Shown: piece after piece, positions 1 through 12,488 of the stretch
Layout of the letters: the number at the start of each line of letters is the position of its first letter
Position numbering within the stretch: the stretch's first letter is position 1
DNA from: Enoplolaimus lenunculus
Taxonomy: Eukaryota
Direction: 5' to 3'
NCBI GenBank assembly: GCA_030248215.1
Contig: JASANG010003910.1
Location: 310,001 to 374,000 of the forward strand
Length of the DNA stretch: 64,000 nucleotides
Program-made: the position numbers and the translations under genes
Notes under the pieces: generated by a model
The model's input: the letters and a program-made list of their open reading frames with translations, nothing else
Database searches by the model: none
What the model was told of the DNA's origin: nothing

Positions 1-904
1 CTTAAAAAATGATGTCTATATACTGAGACGCACTTACAGATTGACAAAATTCTCGTAAGTTTGCAGTTTTGCCTATGAGTCCGTACTACCAGTGAATATG
101 ATGCTTTTGTTTTCTGGAACTAATGCATTTGTTTCAACGCGACAGCTAGTGGTCCCTTAAAACATTTTAAAAAGGCATTTTAAGTGCTACCGCCATCATC
201 TAAACATCTTTGAAGTTACAGTGCTGTTTTGCACGCCAGTGTGCGTTATCCACCAGAGCATTAACCACAACCCAGCACTGCAAAATCCCATTCATTTTCC
301 CTTCTGTGCTGAAACATAAAACATAAAGTTGTGGCTCCCTTAAACGACAAGACTCTTGAAGGTCACTCCGTGAATACTCGGTAACTCAAACGCCACATAG
401 GTTCTACAATATATCGCACATAACTCTCTAAATATCTTATCTCACAACCTCAGTACAGTATCGCCACCCTAAACCTTCACATCGCGTGCAACTATGAAAA
501 ATAACTAATCAAAACCGATACCTGTAGAAATAATAAAACCCACAATACTTACACCGCTAAAGCCGTCAGGCAGCAACTCCCTCCATGTACACCTGATCCT
601 TCAATACCATCTCGCACTGAGCTTACGCTTTCGCGAACAGAAAGGTTAACTGGTTTCTTGAAATTTTTTAAGAATTTTTCGAATTCTTTCAAAAATAGTT
701 CAAGACAATTAAATTTGCCAAAAAACTAGTTTTTTCTACAAATTTTGACTTTTAGTTTCGCTTAAAATCCACACAAAAAAACCAATTCGTCTTAAAACCT
801 AAGTTTTAGGCTAAAATAGAAACTATAAAAACGTCTCAAAAATCTAAAGTGAGTACTTTATTTTGAAAACAAAGGAACAATCGAACATGACTGAGAAAAT
901 TGGA

Positions 905-1360
905 GTTTTTAAATTTTCTACTTTTCCTGTTTTCTAAACAAACTTACGGTTCCAAATTTATCTACCTAACCAAGGAACACCTATGCGTTTGAATTTTCCA
1001 CGTTTCTCATTTTCCAAACAAAACCTTCGTTTAAGATTTTCCCTACCAACAAGGGGAAATCTGGGCGTAAAAGTTTTCCACTTATTCCGTTTTCCGAACC
1101 CGCTTACACCTCTAAATTTCCCTACCAACCAAAAGGAATCATATACCCATGCTTAAATTTTCCACTTTTCCGCTTTTGCCGTTTTCCGCACCGAACCACT
1201 CATCGCAATTCACCAGCCAGACCAACCAACTGTTCTTGCCCTATCAAACCTGGAGAAAACCTATACGTTTGACTTTTCCGATTTTCCCGGTTTCCGAACC
1301 TCGCCTATTTTCGCTTCTGTTGCACTCACGGTGCGCGAAAGTTTTTCTACCAACCAAAAA
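905..1360. repeat. Old degenerate ~80-bp tandem repeat
   Basis: AATTTTCCAC(T/G)TTT..C..TTTTCC.AAC and CCCTACCAACCAA motifs recur about 5 times. Confidence 0.55.
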
Positions 1361-3009
1361 GAATGACTCAAATCGATCTTGGACTTAATACGTCAGATCG
1401 GCGACTTCACTTTACGGTCGGAATGTTCGATGAAATTGAACCTGCCTGAGGAGCTTAAACTATCTCACTGCAAAACTACAACTGAAGCTAGAGATTTCGG
1501 TATCAACGACAATTCGTCGACCGACGACACGTCGACCGACAACTTGTAATCAGCGCTCGCGATTTTGAGGGAAGGACCCATCCCTGTCGGCCCGGCACTG
1601 GGTTTTAGAACGCTGTTGAGCGACAAGATGGCGGGCGCTGAATTGTCGTCGATTCGAAAACTTCACCCGCCGTTCATTACCTGGCTACACAGTATCCGGT
1701 GTAAAAACCATACACTTTAAATCAGAACTGGAAAACTTTAAGTAAAGGGTCGACTTAAGTCATAACTCTGCAACTCCGTTCAAACAGCGATTTTCGATTG
1801 ATTATACACTAGAATACATTGCTCTTCTTCGTATGTGAAAGTAAAACTTCTCTCGAACTGTCAGTTTGATAATTTTCGCAATCAAATCTAAAAGTAGTGA
1901 AAAATACCGATTTGGCGCCCGCCTCCCACTAGAACCACATCATCACCACACTGTGTAGTATAGCACTTTATTATGCCAGTTTTACTGCCACCATCTGGTT
2001 GACTTGATCTTTTCTGGATGCTTTTGGAAGGGTGAACGGATATTTTCTCATGTTAATTCTGCCGCAATGTTGTCGACGCACAACCGACAAGACAACCGGC
2101 ATTAAAAGTGTACCGACATTTCTATAAACCCGTAATTTTGATGCTTGAATATGTATGTCGTGTCTCGAGCGTCTTGTTTTCTTTGCAACTTTGCTGACCA
2201 AACAGTAAATAATTGTTGTTCAATGTATCTCAAGCCACTACTGAAGTAAAACGTTCAACCAATAGCATCATTTGTACCACCGCTTATACAGAAACAGCCC
2301 TGCTACTACCACCGTACCTTTTAGGTATAACTGTTCGGCACACTTGAAACAAAATGTCGGCTCAGACGTGTTTGAGCCGTTTGAGGCATGGTAAACGCAC
2401 GCTTCAGCGTGCCTTAACCGTGCCTCAACTGTGCCGACGGTTATAGCGCACGACTATGACCGTACGCGGATGGAAGACAAAAACTTTTATTTACATAAAA
2501 TAGGCCTTCGCACCAGGTTTATAGCCTGTACTGTGTCATTTTATATATACTACATCACACGTGTAAATTTTTCAGACTGCAGGGTATAAATTAAAGTTAT
2601 TACTCCCCTGGTGGCCAGTGTACACTTTACTCAACTGCCGTTTCAAAATCCCACCGTCCCAGCTAATAATTAATAGCTATTGTTTGTGGTGGCATTTTGG
2701 GATTTTGACATTTAACGATTTTGTAATTTGAATAGAATTTATTTAAAGCAGGGCTTATAGGCTTAAGCTAATGTTTAGTATTGGGCAATCCTTAATCTCA
2801 AGATTAGGTTTACGATTAGGCAAGGCTTCGTTTTAGGTTTAGAATTAGATATTTACACGTAGGATCTGACGTAAAGCTTCGATATAGAGGCCTAATAAAA
2901 CTAACACTTTGAATTAGGCTACAGCTTAGGCATATTTTATGCTTAGGCTTATGCTTATGCTTACGCTTAGGCTTGGGCTTAAATTTAGGATTAGGTGTAT
3001 AGGACTTAG

Positions 3010-3222
3010 GGCCCATATAAAGATCAGGGGCGGAACGTTTTTCTGTGGGACTGCAATAGAGTAAGCGTCAGCTCTAGACTAATTTTTTGCTCGGCTTAGG
3101 CTTAGCTTTAGGCTTAGGTTTAGGAATATGCTCATTCTTACGCTTAGGCTAAGGCTTAGGCTTAGTCTTAGGCTTAAGAATATGCTTATAATACTGTTCC
3201 ACCCATGTTCTTTACAATGGCC
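3010..3222. mobile_element. TTAGGC-containing MITE (GGCC ends, 8-bp TSD; Merlin-like)
   Basis: GGCCCATATAAAGATCAGGGGCGGAAC...TTTACAATGGCC; TSD GGACTTAG/GGCCTTAG. Confidence 0.8.
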
Positions 3223-3254
3223 GGCCTTAGGAGCATTCCACCGCGGACAATGTC

Positions 3255-3552
3255 TCAAAATTCAAAATCCCATTTACGACAAATATCAAGAAATTCCAAA
3301 ATCCCAAAAAAACCACCTTGGACCACATCCCGAAATCCCAAAATTTCACCTTCGACCATGTCACAAAGTTCCTAAATCCCAAAATACCACCTTCAAACAT
3401 ATATTAAAGTTTCAAAATCACACCCTCGACCATTTCCCAAAATCCCACCTTCGACTATATCCCGACATCCCAGAATCCCAAAGACACCTTCGACTACATC
3501 CCAAAATCTCAAAATCCCACCGTCGATATATCCCAAAATCTCACCTTCGATT
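3255..3552. repeat. Degenerate ~23-33-bp minisatellite
   Basis: Recurrent AAATCCCAAAATCCCACCTTCGA motif; probably TE-internal. Confidence 0.7.
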
Positions 3553-4073
3553 CTAACCGTCTTTCTGGGGCCTAGACTTTCTTCGATAGCCCCTTAGCAA
3601 ATAAGTTACTATAGAAGTCTCTGCAAACAATATCTAAACAGTAGACATCGTGTCAACTTGGTATAACCCAGCGACCGGCGAATGTCGCGCAACCTTAATG
3701 AGTGACACTCAACTACATCGATGATAGATCGCTCTGTATAGGACAATCGTAAAACAGGTTTCCTAAAAATCTAATTCAGCTGAATTGAAATAGAATTTTG
3801 AAACAACCAAATCTATTTAATCGCCTGAATAATATTTTAAATCAGAATAGAATTTTAGTCAAACCGGTCAATGACCATGTAGAGTACCATTGTGCTATTT
3901 AATAGCATAAAATATCAATTTCAATTGACACTACTTATTTTATCACGTGACTGATATGGTCTCAAACAAGCAACGTTGCTCTATTTAGAGAGCTTTGTTT
4001 TGTAAATTGCCGACGTTGTTAATTTAAAATTATCAATTGTGCATATCGGTAACGAATAAGCATTTAATTGTAA

Positions 4074-4345
4074 AGCCCTATTCACACGTGAAAGTTTTTG
4101 CAGTGAGAACTTACAGCTGCCACTTTCACTTGCAAGTTTTTGCTCAAAATCCCATTCAAAAACCTTGCAGCTGCAAATAACTCATTAAAAATCGTAGCTA
4201 GGAATTTAGCTTATATATATATGTGAACAAACTTCACTGAATTTATTGGAGCCGTTTTCTCATCGGCTGATAAAAAATGCAAGTTCTGCGCGCAATTTCC
4301 AGCTGCAAGTTCTCGCAGCAAAAACTTACGAGTGTGAATAGGGCT
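4074..4345. mobile_element. PIF/Harbinger-like MITE
   Basis: TIR AGCCCTATTCACAC / GTGTGAATAGGGCT extending ~45 bp; flanks TAA/TTA (TWA). Confidence 0.75.
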
Positions 4346-4546
4346 TTAAGCGCAGACTTGATAGCTTAGAAATACTGACAGGATTTTGGGACATTAAAAG
4401 CGTTAGATATGATGGTTTCTGTACCCTGCTAAGAAAATTAAAGGAAACAGCGGTGTGTATATACCACGAGAAGTTCCATAAAGTCACTGCGAGAAGCACT
4501 CAAAATAAAGGAATGTTGACATTTTTTGGATTAAACGACACACCTA

Positions 4547-4689
4547 CTGTAATAACCCGAATAAGAGGGGGGCAGATATACACTTTACGGACTGTTATAT
4601 ATTTTTAACATGCCCTCCGCCGCCGGGGGAGGTCCCCTCTAAAGAGGTTAAATAAATATTAGCCCCCCCTCTTATTCGGCTCACTACAG
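4547..4689. mobile_element. Tc1/mariner (pogo/Tc2-like) MITE, short form
   Basis: TA-CTGTAATAACCCGAATAAGAGGGG...CCCCTCTTATTCGGCTCACTACAG-TA. Confidence 0.8.
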
Positions 4690-4789
4690 TATAGGAGTAT
4701 ACGCGGTGCCAAGCAAAACACTGCCAACGCATGATTGTTTTGTACTAGAACAAAATTAATTCTTCACTTCAAAATATCGTAATGCCAAA

Positions 4790-4984
4790 CAGGGCTGGAG
4801 CAGATAGGGGGTGGGGGCTTCCCCCAAACTCCAGGGTCGAGCCCCTTGATTTGCGAGCGAGAAGCCATACGCATTTTAAAACTACAGCGGTTTTTGTTTT
4901 AACCGGTTTGGGAGGGGTCCCTTTTAGAGGTGGGGCCATTGCGAAATGGGGAGCATGGGGGGTGACTGCTCCGGTCCTGCCCTG
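4790..4984. mobile_element. hAT-like MITE
   Basis: CAGGGC...GCCCTG ends with perfect 8-bp TSD ATGCCAAA. Confidence 0.8.
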
Positions 4985-6247
4985 ATGCCAAAGACATCTC
5001 TAGTGTTATAGTTAATTAGATAATAATTTTCAAGTGTTAATTATTTTTAAATTTCAAATCAAGCAGTGCTACAAATCTTGAAATATACATTTTGTTTCAT
5101 ATCTCGGCGGCGAGAAATAAATTCGCTCTGAAGATCACTTGACACTGAAAAATGTAATGTAATGCAATATTGCGTTCATTATGCGAAGTTCACATCGCAT
5201 AGTATTCAAAAGTCAACAAGGGTGCAGCGAGCGAAACGACCTGGACAAGTCAACTGTATTCGCGTGAGAAATGTTTTTGTAAGAGGTTTTCGATTCAGTT
5301 GCGTTCAATTGAAGTGCTAACTTAACGCTGCTAATTGCAGTTTTTAGGTGTAAAGTTTACGGATATAAAAGTTACCGTTGAACGACCATTCATTTTGCAT
5401 ACTCAAGTTTTTTGTAGAATTAGAGATGTATAGCATTTTAAGCGTTCATTAAGTAACGATATCGATGTTGAACCAATTTTTCATTCGTTGGTGACGCAAA
5501 ATTCAAGCATTAAAATGACAAAGGCGTCGCAGAATATTCACGGATTGGATTCTACCGGTACTGTTAAACGGAACAAATTGTAAGAAAGCAAATACAGCTT
5601 ACACAAGTGCAGGAATAATTGGGTCGGCGGCATGTGTCTCCACCAATAGTGGCCAACGGAAGCGCACCACGGGGCACTATAATGTATCCACGATGACGTT
5701 TACACGCAAAAAGGTCGGCTGGTTTGTTCGCTAGCTACGTAATTTTTTACTCGGATATGCAACTGACTGTAAACCAGCTTAACGCAAACTATGTAGGCGG
5801 AATCGGCGACATTTTGTCGCCCGACAACTAGACAACTGACAGTGTCCTTAGTTTAGGGCCGAAACCTGAGGATCAGCGACAAGATACTTGGTGCCTCCCG
5901 GAAAAATATATTGTTTCTACGCCCTTAGGCTTACGGATGTGACATTTCAAAGCACAATTTCCTCCATATCCATAAATATTTAAAAATTTGCATTAGTGAT
6001 CCGGTGTAAAATGTTAAAATTGCAAAAATATATATCAATGATTAGCAAGAACTATTTGATTACGTTGTTATCCCTAAGTACAGTTAATTATGTAACAATG
6101 TGTAAAATATTAGTTTTCACTAATCTTCTTACTGTTCTGATTTGGAGTCATGCAGAGATTCACACTCGTTAACAGTGATTTATTTAGCTTTTAAGTGTCA
6201 TTTGTTCAAGTGGGAGTTTAATAAATATAGTTGTTTATAGGCATTTT

Positions 6248-6456
6248 GGCCAACGTAAAAAGAACAGGAGAGGAACAGTGTTATAAGCATATTCCTAAGC
6301 CTAACCCTAAGCGTAAGCCTAAGCCTAAGCGTAAGAATAAGTTTATTCCTAAGCCTTAAAGCCTAATCCTAAGCCATCAAAAAATTAGTCTAAAGCTTAA
6401 GCTTATTCTATGCTAGTCCCACAGAAAAACGTTCCGCCCTGATCTATGCACAGGCC
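6248..6456. mobile_element. TTAGGC-containing MITE (Merlin-like)
   Basis: GGCC termini, internal GCCTAA array, perfect 8-bp TSD GGCATTTT. Confidence 0.85.
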
Positions 6457-6813
6457 GGCATTTTTCACATGGCATACACCAACTTGTGTCCGCTTAGGCT
6501 TAAATTAGGTTTAGGCTTTAAAGCTATCGTGTTCAAGCTAACAGGGAACGCATTCCTGTGCGTTCACCCGTGCCACGTTTGATCCTAATATTTGAGTCTT
6601 CCATCAACTTCACATTACTGCAGTCAATTCCAGCATCGAATTAAACGTTTTCAGTAAATACATTACACGCAAGCTGTGTTGCTCGCGGCTGGTTAGCTTG
6701 GTTGAGGTAAAATTGTTGCAACTCAACTCCAACCAGATATATTAGTTGTCGGTTTACAAAAACCTTTATCTGCAAAACTTTAGTACAACTATAGGCATTC
6801 AATCAATCTTAAA

Positions 6814-7050
6814 GTTGAAACGCTCCAAATACGTGTTTTTGGCAGCGTTCTAGCCGATTTTCTATATTATTTAAGCTGAAACGCTCTGAATACGTGTTTT
6901 AGGCAGCGTTCCAATCGATTTTCTATGTTATTAAAGCTGAACCGCTCCAAATACGTGTTTTAAGCAGCGTTCCAGCCGATTTTTTATATTATTTAACCTG
7001 AAACGCTCCAAATGCGTTTGTTAGGCAGCGTTCCAGCCGATTTTTATATA
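6814..7050. repeat. 61-bp minisatellite, ~4 copies
   Basis: Unit GCTGAAACGCTCCAAATACGTGTTTT(T/A)GGCAGCGTTCCAGCCGATTTTCTATATTATTTAA. Confidence 0.9.
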
Positions 7051-7363
7051 CATACGTGGTACACAAATTAGTTAGGAAAACGCCGGGGTTTGCAACCACT
7101 TTGATTGGTTATATTGAAACGTAAAAGTAACTAAATATTATATTTTTCAAAATATATAACTTACGGCTGAAACTTTATTCGCGCCATTAAGTCTGTTTTC
7201 AAAGTCAGATAAATGACAAATTTCACTGTAAAGAGATAACATCACATACGGCGTTTCCCTTCTCAAGCACAATCATCATTAATCAAGGATTGAATAGATG
7301 GTGTGAAATGTAGAGGTGTTAAAAGGTTAACCGACAAAGGTGTCGTTTCTTCAACACCGGCTA

Positions 7364-7525
7364 CACTGCAAAAAATCGTGAGTCAAACTGACTCTATCCG
7401 AAATAGGCTTGTCGGGACTGCACAAATTGAGTCAAAATTCGTCTTCGCCAGTGTCAAATTCGATTCACCGAGTCGCACGTTTGACTCTGGCAGAGTCGAA
7501 TTGGACTCACCGTTTTTTTGCAGTG
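7364..7525. mobile_element. Palindromic CACTG MITE family A (CMC/EnSpm-like), internally deleted
   Basis: TA-CACTGCAAAAAA...TTTTTTGCAGTG-TA with GAGTC(A/G)AATT repeats. Confidence 0.8.
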
Positions 7526-7553
7526 TATGAACGATTCAACTTGATTAAGCATA

Positions 7554-8021
7554 CTGTATTGGCCCGAATAAAAGGGGGTGGGGTAATAAGAGGAGGGTCC
7601 CCATTCTGAATCCCCATGTCCCCATTTTGAATCTCCATCAATAGAAGTCCGTATCCCTAATAAGAGTCTGTAAGCGGATAGAATCCCTAAACCCTAATTA
7701 GAGTCCATAAATTACAATTATCCCAAATTGTAGCGCAAAAATGACTCCAGGACCAAATAAAGTTGAGTTCGAAACTTTAAAGTGTACTTAAGTTTTGAAA
7801 GTATTAATCCAAAGTATAACCTTGCAATATCGCTCAAGCTTTTGATGCAAGGCATAAAACATTTAGTTCAACAGATAGTTGCAATACTGAATATATCAGT
7901 AACGAAGAACGGCGGAGGGCGGGTTAAAATAAATAACAGTCCGTAACAGAATAACAAGGGGGGGTACCCTCTGGAGACGCCAAATAAATATCAGTCCCCC
8001 CTCTTATTCGGGTCACTACAG
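7554..8021. mobile_element. Tc1/mariner (pogo/Tc2-like) MITE, long form
   Basis: Same TIR; interior shared with copies at ~14410-14686 (truncated, inverted), 23251, 41674, 48411 and ~61052-61447. Confidence 0.8.
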
Positions 8022-9397
8022 TGCGCAATTAGCAAAATTAAACCTGAGATCTTGTTTACTTCTTCACTAAGTCACTACGGGAAATACAAGAATTGATATG
8101 TTTTGGCAGGCTTTGATTCACAAGAACTTTGTTTTTATACTTTTGCGCAATCTAAAAACGTTAGTATTAATGATATTTTCTTAAACGTCTAAATTTTTGC
8201 AGAAAAACAAATTTTTTTCCAAGTCGGAGGTGGGTTTTACTGTTTATAATAATTAAATGATTTTAGAAAAAATTGACTATTTACAGCTACTGTCTAATCA
8301 AGCATTTTAGAGCGGAAAAGATCGTATTACATAGTCTCCTCCGATCAAATACTAACATTTAATTTAATGATAAGGTTGCAGTCCGGAGGTTTGTGTATTT
8401 AATAACGCTCGCTATACGATTAAATCTAACATTGTTGAATCTTTTGCAAAGCTGAAATTTATTTATTACCAGCGAACACTTTGGTTTACTAAAAATATAA
8501 CGCTGGCCATATTTGTTTAACAGGAATCACAACCAAATTTTTGTATTATGATACAGTATTCAAATTGCATTCGGCTTCTCGTTCACTTCGCTTGCACTCG
8601 AAATAATATTTCTGATATTTAAGAAAAAATTTCGTATACTTAAGAAATATAATTAGCAAGGTGCACTTGAAAACTATTTCTGATATATATAACAGAAAAG
8701 TTTTCAAAAAAAGTTTTGAAATAAAGTCCGAAAATAAACGGTTTCCAGTTTATTTTGAGACAAATTGTGTTAAATATCAGGAACACTTTTCAGCTTTGCC
8801 ACAGAAAATGCTTTCCGAATAAAAGTTCAGAAATACTTTTTTGTGTATGCGAGTGTTTACACTGTTTATATATCGTCATAGTGAAAAGTTTCTGGGTTTG
8901 CCACTGCAAGTAGATATATGTCCTTTTATAGGTGCTAATGTGCTTGTTACACGTTGTTTTGTTTAAATACTCTCAATGTACAGCGTTTAATTTTGACCGA
9001 CGGGTGTCACACCTGGTTTAATATAAATCTAATAGTTAATTAGGTAACAAAAACTAAAATATCAATAACCTCATTATTCTCGGCTCATCAAAACGACATT
9101 TATTCCGGTGATTATAACGTGAAGAATAAGTTTCACGCTGCGAAACGAGATGTATTACTACCATGATTTAACGCTTGTTTTAATGTCACGTTGTAATTTA
9201 TAATAATCGATAAAATATCTTACAAATGCGTTGCGTTTATTTTTCAAATTATGTGATTTTAAAGTTTAAAACGTACCTACGGGTGATTTTGGTTTGAAAC
9301 CGAAAATTGTTTTGATAATTTTTGGTATTGAATTTATATTTTTTCGACTGTGAGTTTTGAATGTTTCACTTCAAAATATTGATTCTCTGAGTCGCTA

Positions 9398-9606
9398 TAC
9401 TGCAAAAAATGGTGAGTGAAATTGACTCTCTCCGAAACAGGCTCTGCAGGTCTACACAAACTGAGTCAAATTCGACTCCGCCAGAGTCAATCGTGCGAGT
9501 CAGTGAGTCGAATTTGACTCTGGTCGAGTCGAATTTGGCTCATATTGCGTAGTACAGTAGAGCCTATTTCGGGGAGACTTAATTTGACTCGCCACTTTTT
9601 GTAGTA
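9398..9606. mobile_element. Palindromic CACTG MITE family A
   Basis: Aligns by eye to 42032-42241; diverged ends. Confidence 0.8.
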
Positions 9607-10667
9607 TATAATTTTCAAACGTCCAGGATAAAAAGTGTTTCATATTTTATAGTCGTCTGCAGGTGCCATTTTTGATCGAACGTTTTGCTAAAACTTGGAA
9701 TGCGATACTTCTGGTGCTAGCATCAGACTTCTAGAAAGGCTAAATACGGGATAACTTAAAGCTTATTAACCAGTGAGTACTCTAATTAACGCTATGAGAA
9801 TAGAAAGCCTTGATATCTATTGAGACTTTTATTATTAATATTCGCCGCTCGCACTGAGTAAAAATTATCTTACAAGTCGAGTTTAAACAATAACGTGGAA
9901 ATTTGTTCCATCAGCCAAGGTTTAGCTAAAGCCAAGCATTCTAGTCAACTTCATGAGCAGTTTTATGCAAATTTTAGCGTTTGAGGCAATTTTTTTCGCG
10001 TTCGCACAAGCGGTCAAGGATAAATGTGTATACCTCACATCTAGAAATATACCGCTTTACAGTTCAAAAGTCAATGAGTCGTATACTGATGTTGACTGAG
10101 GTTCAGAGCCGCACACGCAGGAACTGTTAGCAGAGGAAGCAAAAATTTCTCCAGGGAGTTGGGTCAAAAAACATTTTGTAAATTTTTTTTGTCAAAAAAT
10201 TTTCAGCCACGGCGGTGAAGATGCCTGTTGGCAAGTCAGGACGCCTATTCGCTCGCCCTGCGGTTGCGTCCATCCTGAGGTTGTTTGCAGAGATAAACAC
10301 TATGCAGTACGCACAAGTAGTATACGAGTACATTAATTTTAAACAGAAATGAAGCTGCCAAAATGACAAATATTTTATGAAACATCGACCTTTGAAGTAT
10401 TGAAATATAAAGTTGTTTTGTGCGTTGCCGCGCCGTTAAGTCTAGTTTAAAAATCAAGATAAATGAATATTTCTGTTACTGATAGTATCTCGGTTTGAAA
10501 TCGTTAAGCCATTTTAAAGTAATCGATAATTTATCAAACTGCATGATATACAGGAACTGTAGTTAAAACCATTTTTAGTGACTAAATTTCGGATGTTGTG
10601 AAACCAGACCGGAGAAAAATTTGGCTGTTAAAACTAGTCACCACTCTAAAATAAACATCGTTTACAC

Positions 10668-10857
10668 GGCCCATGTGAAGATCTGGGGCGGAATGTTTTT
10701 CTGTGGCACTAGAAAAGAGTACGCTTAAAGCTTTAGACTATTTTTTGCTTGGCTTAGGCTTAGGCTGAGGAATATGCTCATTCTTACACTTAGGCTTACG
10801 CTCTAGGCTTAGGAAAATGCTTATAATACTATTCCGCCCCTGTTCGTTACATTGGCC
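10668..10857. mobile_element. TTAGGC-containing MITE (Merlin-like)
   Basis: GGCCCATGTGAAGATC...TTACATTGGCC; TSD GTTTACAC/GTTTATAG. Confidence 0.8.
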
Positions 10858-11274
10858 GTTTATAGACTCGGCACCTTGGAGGAAAATCTGAATTGATACT
10901 CATTGGGAGGAACTTCAATTAATGTCTTCGGGTGGACTTCAATTGATCCTGTCATCTTACGCGGAACAACATTGATCGATCAGTACCGTACAATTAGCTA
11001 ACCTTGAGGCTTTGTAGCATTTTTGCTAAATATGACGAATGATTCAAGTTTACTGTGTAAACTTACAGCTTTGAGCAGATAATTGATTAACAGAAATCTT
11101 TCTAAATGGGACATTAATATTTTTAGAGAAAACAAAAAAACCATTTTCAGAAAATATCGAAGTATATATAGCAAATAAACAAAATGTAGAAATCTTGAAG
11201 CATCTTTTTAAAAAATATTAGTCTGAAACTAAAAGCGTAGTAAGAATATTGTGCCCCAAAACTGTTGGCATAAC

Positions 11275-11508
11275 TAAGGAGTAGGATTAGGCTTAGATTT
11301 AGGAATATGCTTGCACTACTGTACACGGCGCTGTTCTATACATTGGCCCAGAATATGACTAGAGTAGTTTTGGCTACAATTTTAGAAAGCTCAATTAAGG
11401 CGTAGGATTAGGCTTAGACATAGGAACATGCTTATACTACGGTTACGGCCCTGTTCTATACATTGGCACAGAATATGACTAAAGTAGTTTTGGCTACAAT
11501 TTTAGAAA
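11275..11508. repeat. 121-bp tandem duplication of a MITE end plus flank
   Basis: ...GTTCTATACATTGGC(C/A)CAGAATATGACTA(G/A)AGTAGTTTTGGCTACAATTTTAGAAA occurs twice. Confidence 0.85.
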
Positions 11509-12272
11509 TTTCGTTTCGTGAATTAAAAATGTAAGAATATAGTAGACAATTTTATTTAAATTATGGTCCATGACATGCAAATAAGAGACGACTTGCGTAA
11601 ATTATATAAATTTAATATAATCGAAAATACTTCGTCTTTAAAAATGGCGTCGGAAGCCAATTTCCTTCAATGATGATTTTCTGATGATTATTGTTGAATA
11701 GCGTCAACCGCCACGAGTCGTGCGCGTCGACTGTGTCATTTGAGTTTGTGCAATTTTATCGCGGTGTATTTTAATTAAAATTGAATTGTGAAAACTGAAA
11801 ACTGTCTGTTTAAAATGTTACAACTAAAACGGTTTGAACAAAATGATTCAATGGTTTAAGATAGATTTTAAAATTTGTACGAATTGAAAGTATTAAAATT
11901 TTGTTTCTAGTCTGTGATTCGTTGAGATTTATCGTAAAAACGAGAGTTTTTTCGGACCTGTTGAGTACTTTATTTTATTGAGACTACCAATAAAATTATT
12001 ACGACTGAAGTTTGTCACACTTTACTTATAAATAGCGTAATTGGGGGGGGGGGGGCGCCTGAACTCGTTCCACTGTTCAAAGAGTAACTCAAAAGATCAA
12101 GTGAAAAATTTTACCTTTAGTTGTAGCTGAAAACATTCATGTAAAAATAACTGCAATATAGCGCATGTATATATTGACAAGTATGACAAATATTGATTTC
12201 AAGCATTGGCTTAAAAATGGTTTATGGGTTCGCGTAACTGTCGTACCAGTAGACCTGTTGCAGGAACAAACA

Positions 12273-12488
12273 TACTTTGCAAAAAATGCTGAGTCAAATT
12301 GACTCTCTCCGAAATAGGCTTTTGCGGACTACACAAACTGAGTCAAAATTCGACTCCGTCAGAGTCGAATTCGACTCACTGAGTGTGTATCGAATTTGAC
12401 TCTACCAGAGTCGAATTCGATTCAGTTTATGTAGCCCGAACAGCCTTATTTCGAAAAGAGTCAATTTCACTCACCATGTTTTGCAGTG
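12273..12488. mobile_element. Palindromic CACTG MITE family A
   Basis: Aligns by eye to 42032-42241. Confidence 0.8.

Noticed and set aside
2760..3222. TTAGGC-rich tracts as a real telomere or fusion scar
   Set aside because: Short, degenerate, interstitial, in both orientations and mostly inside TIR-bounded elements.
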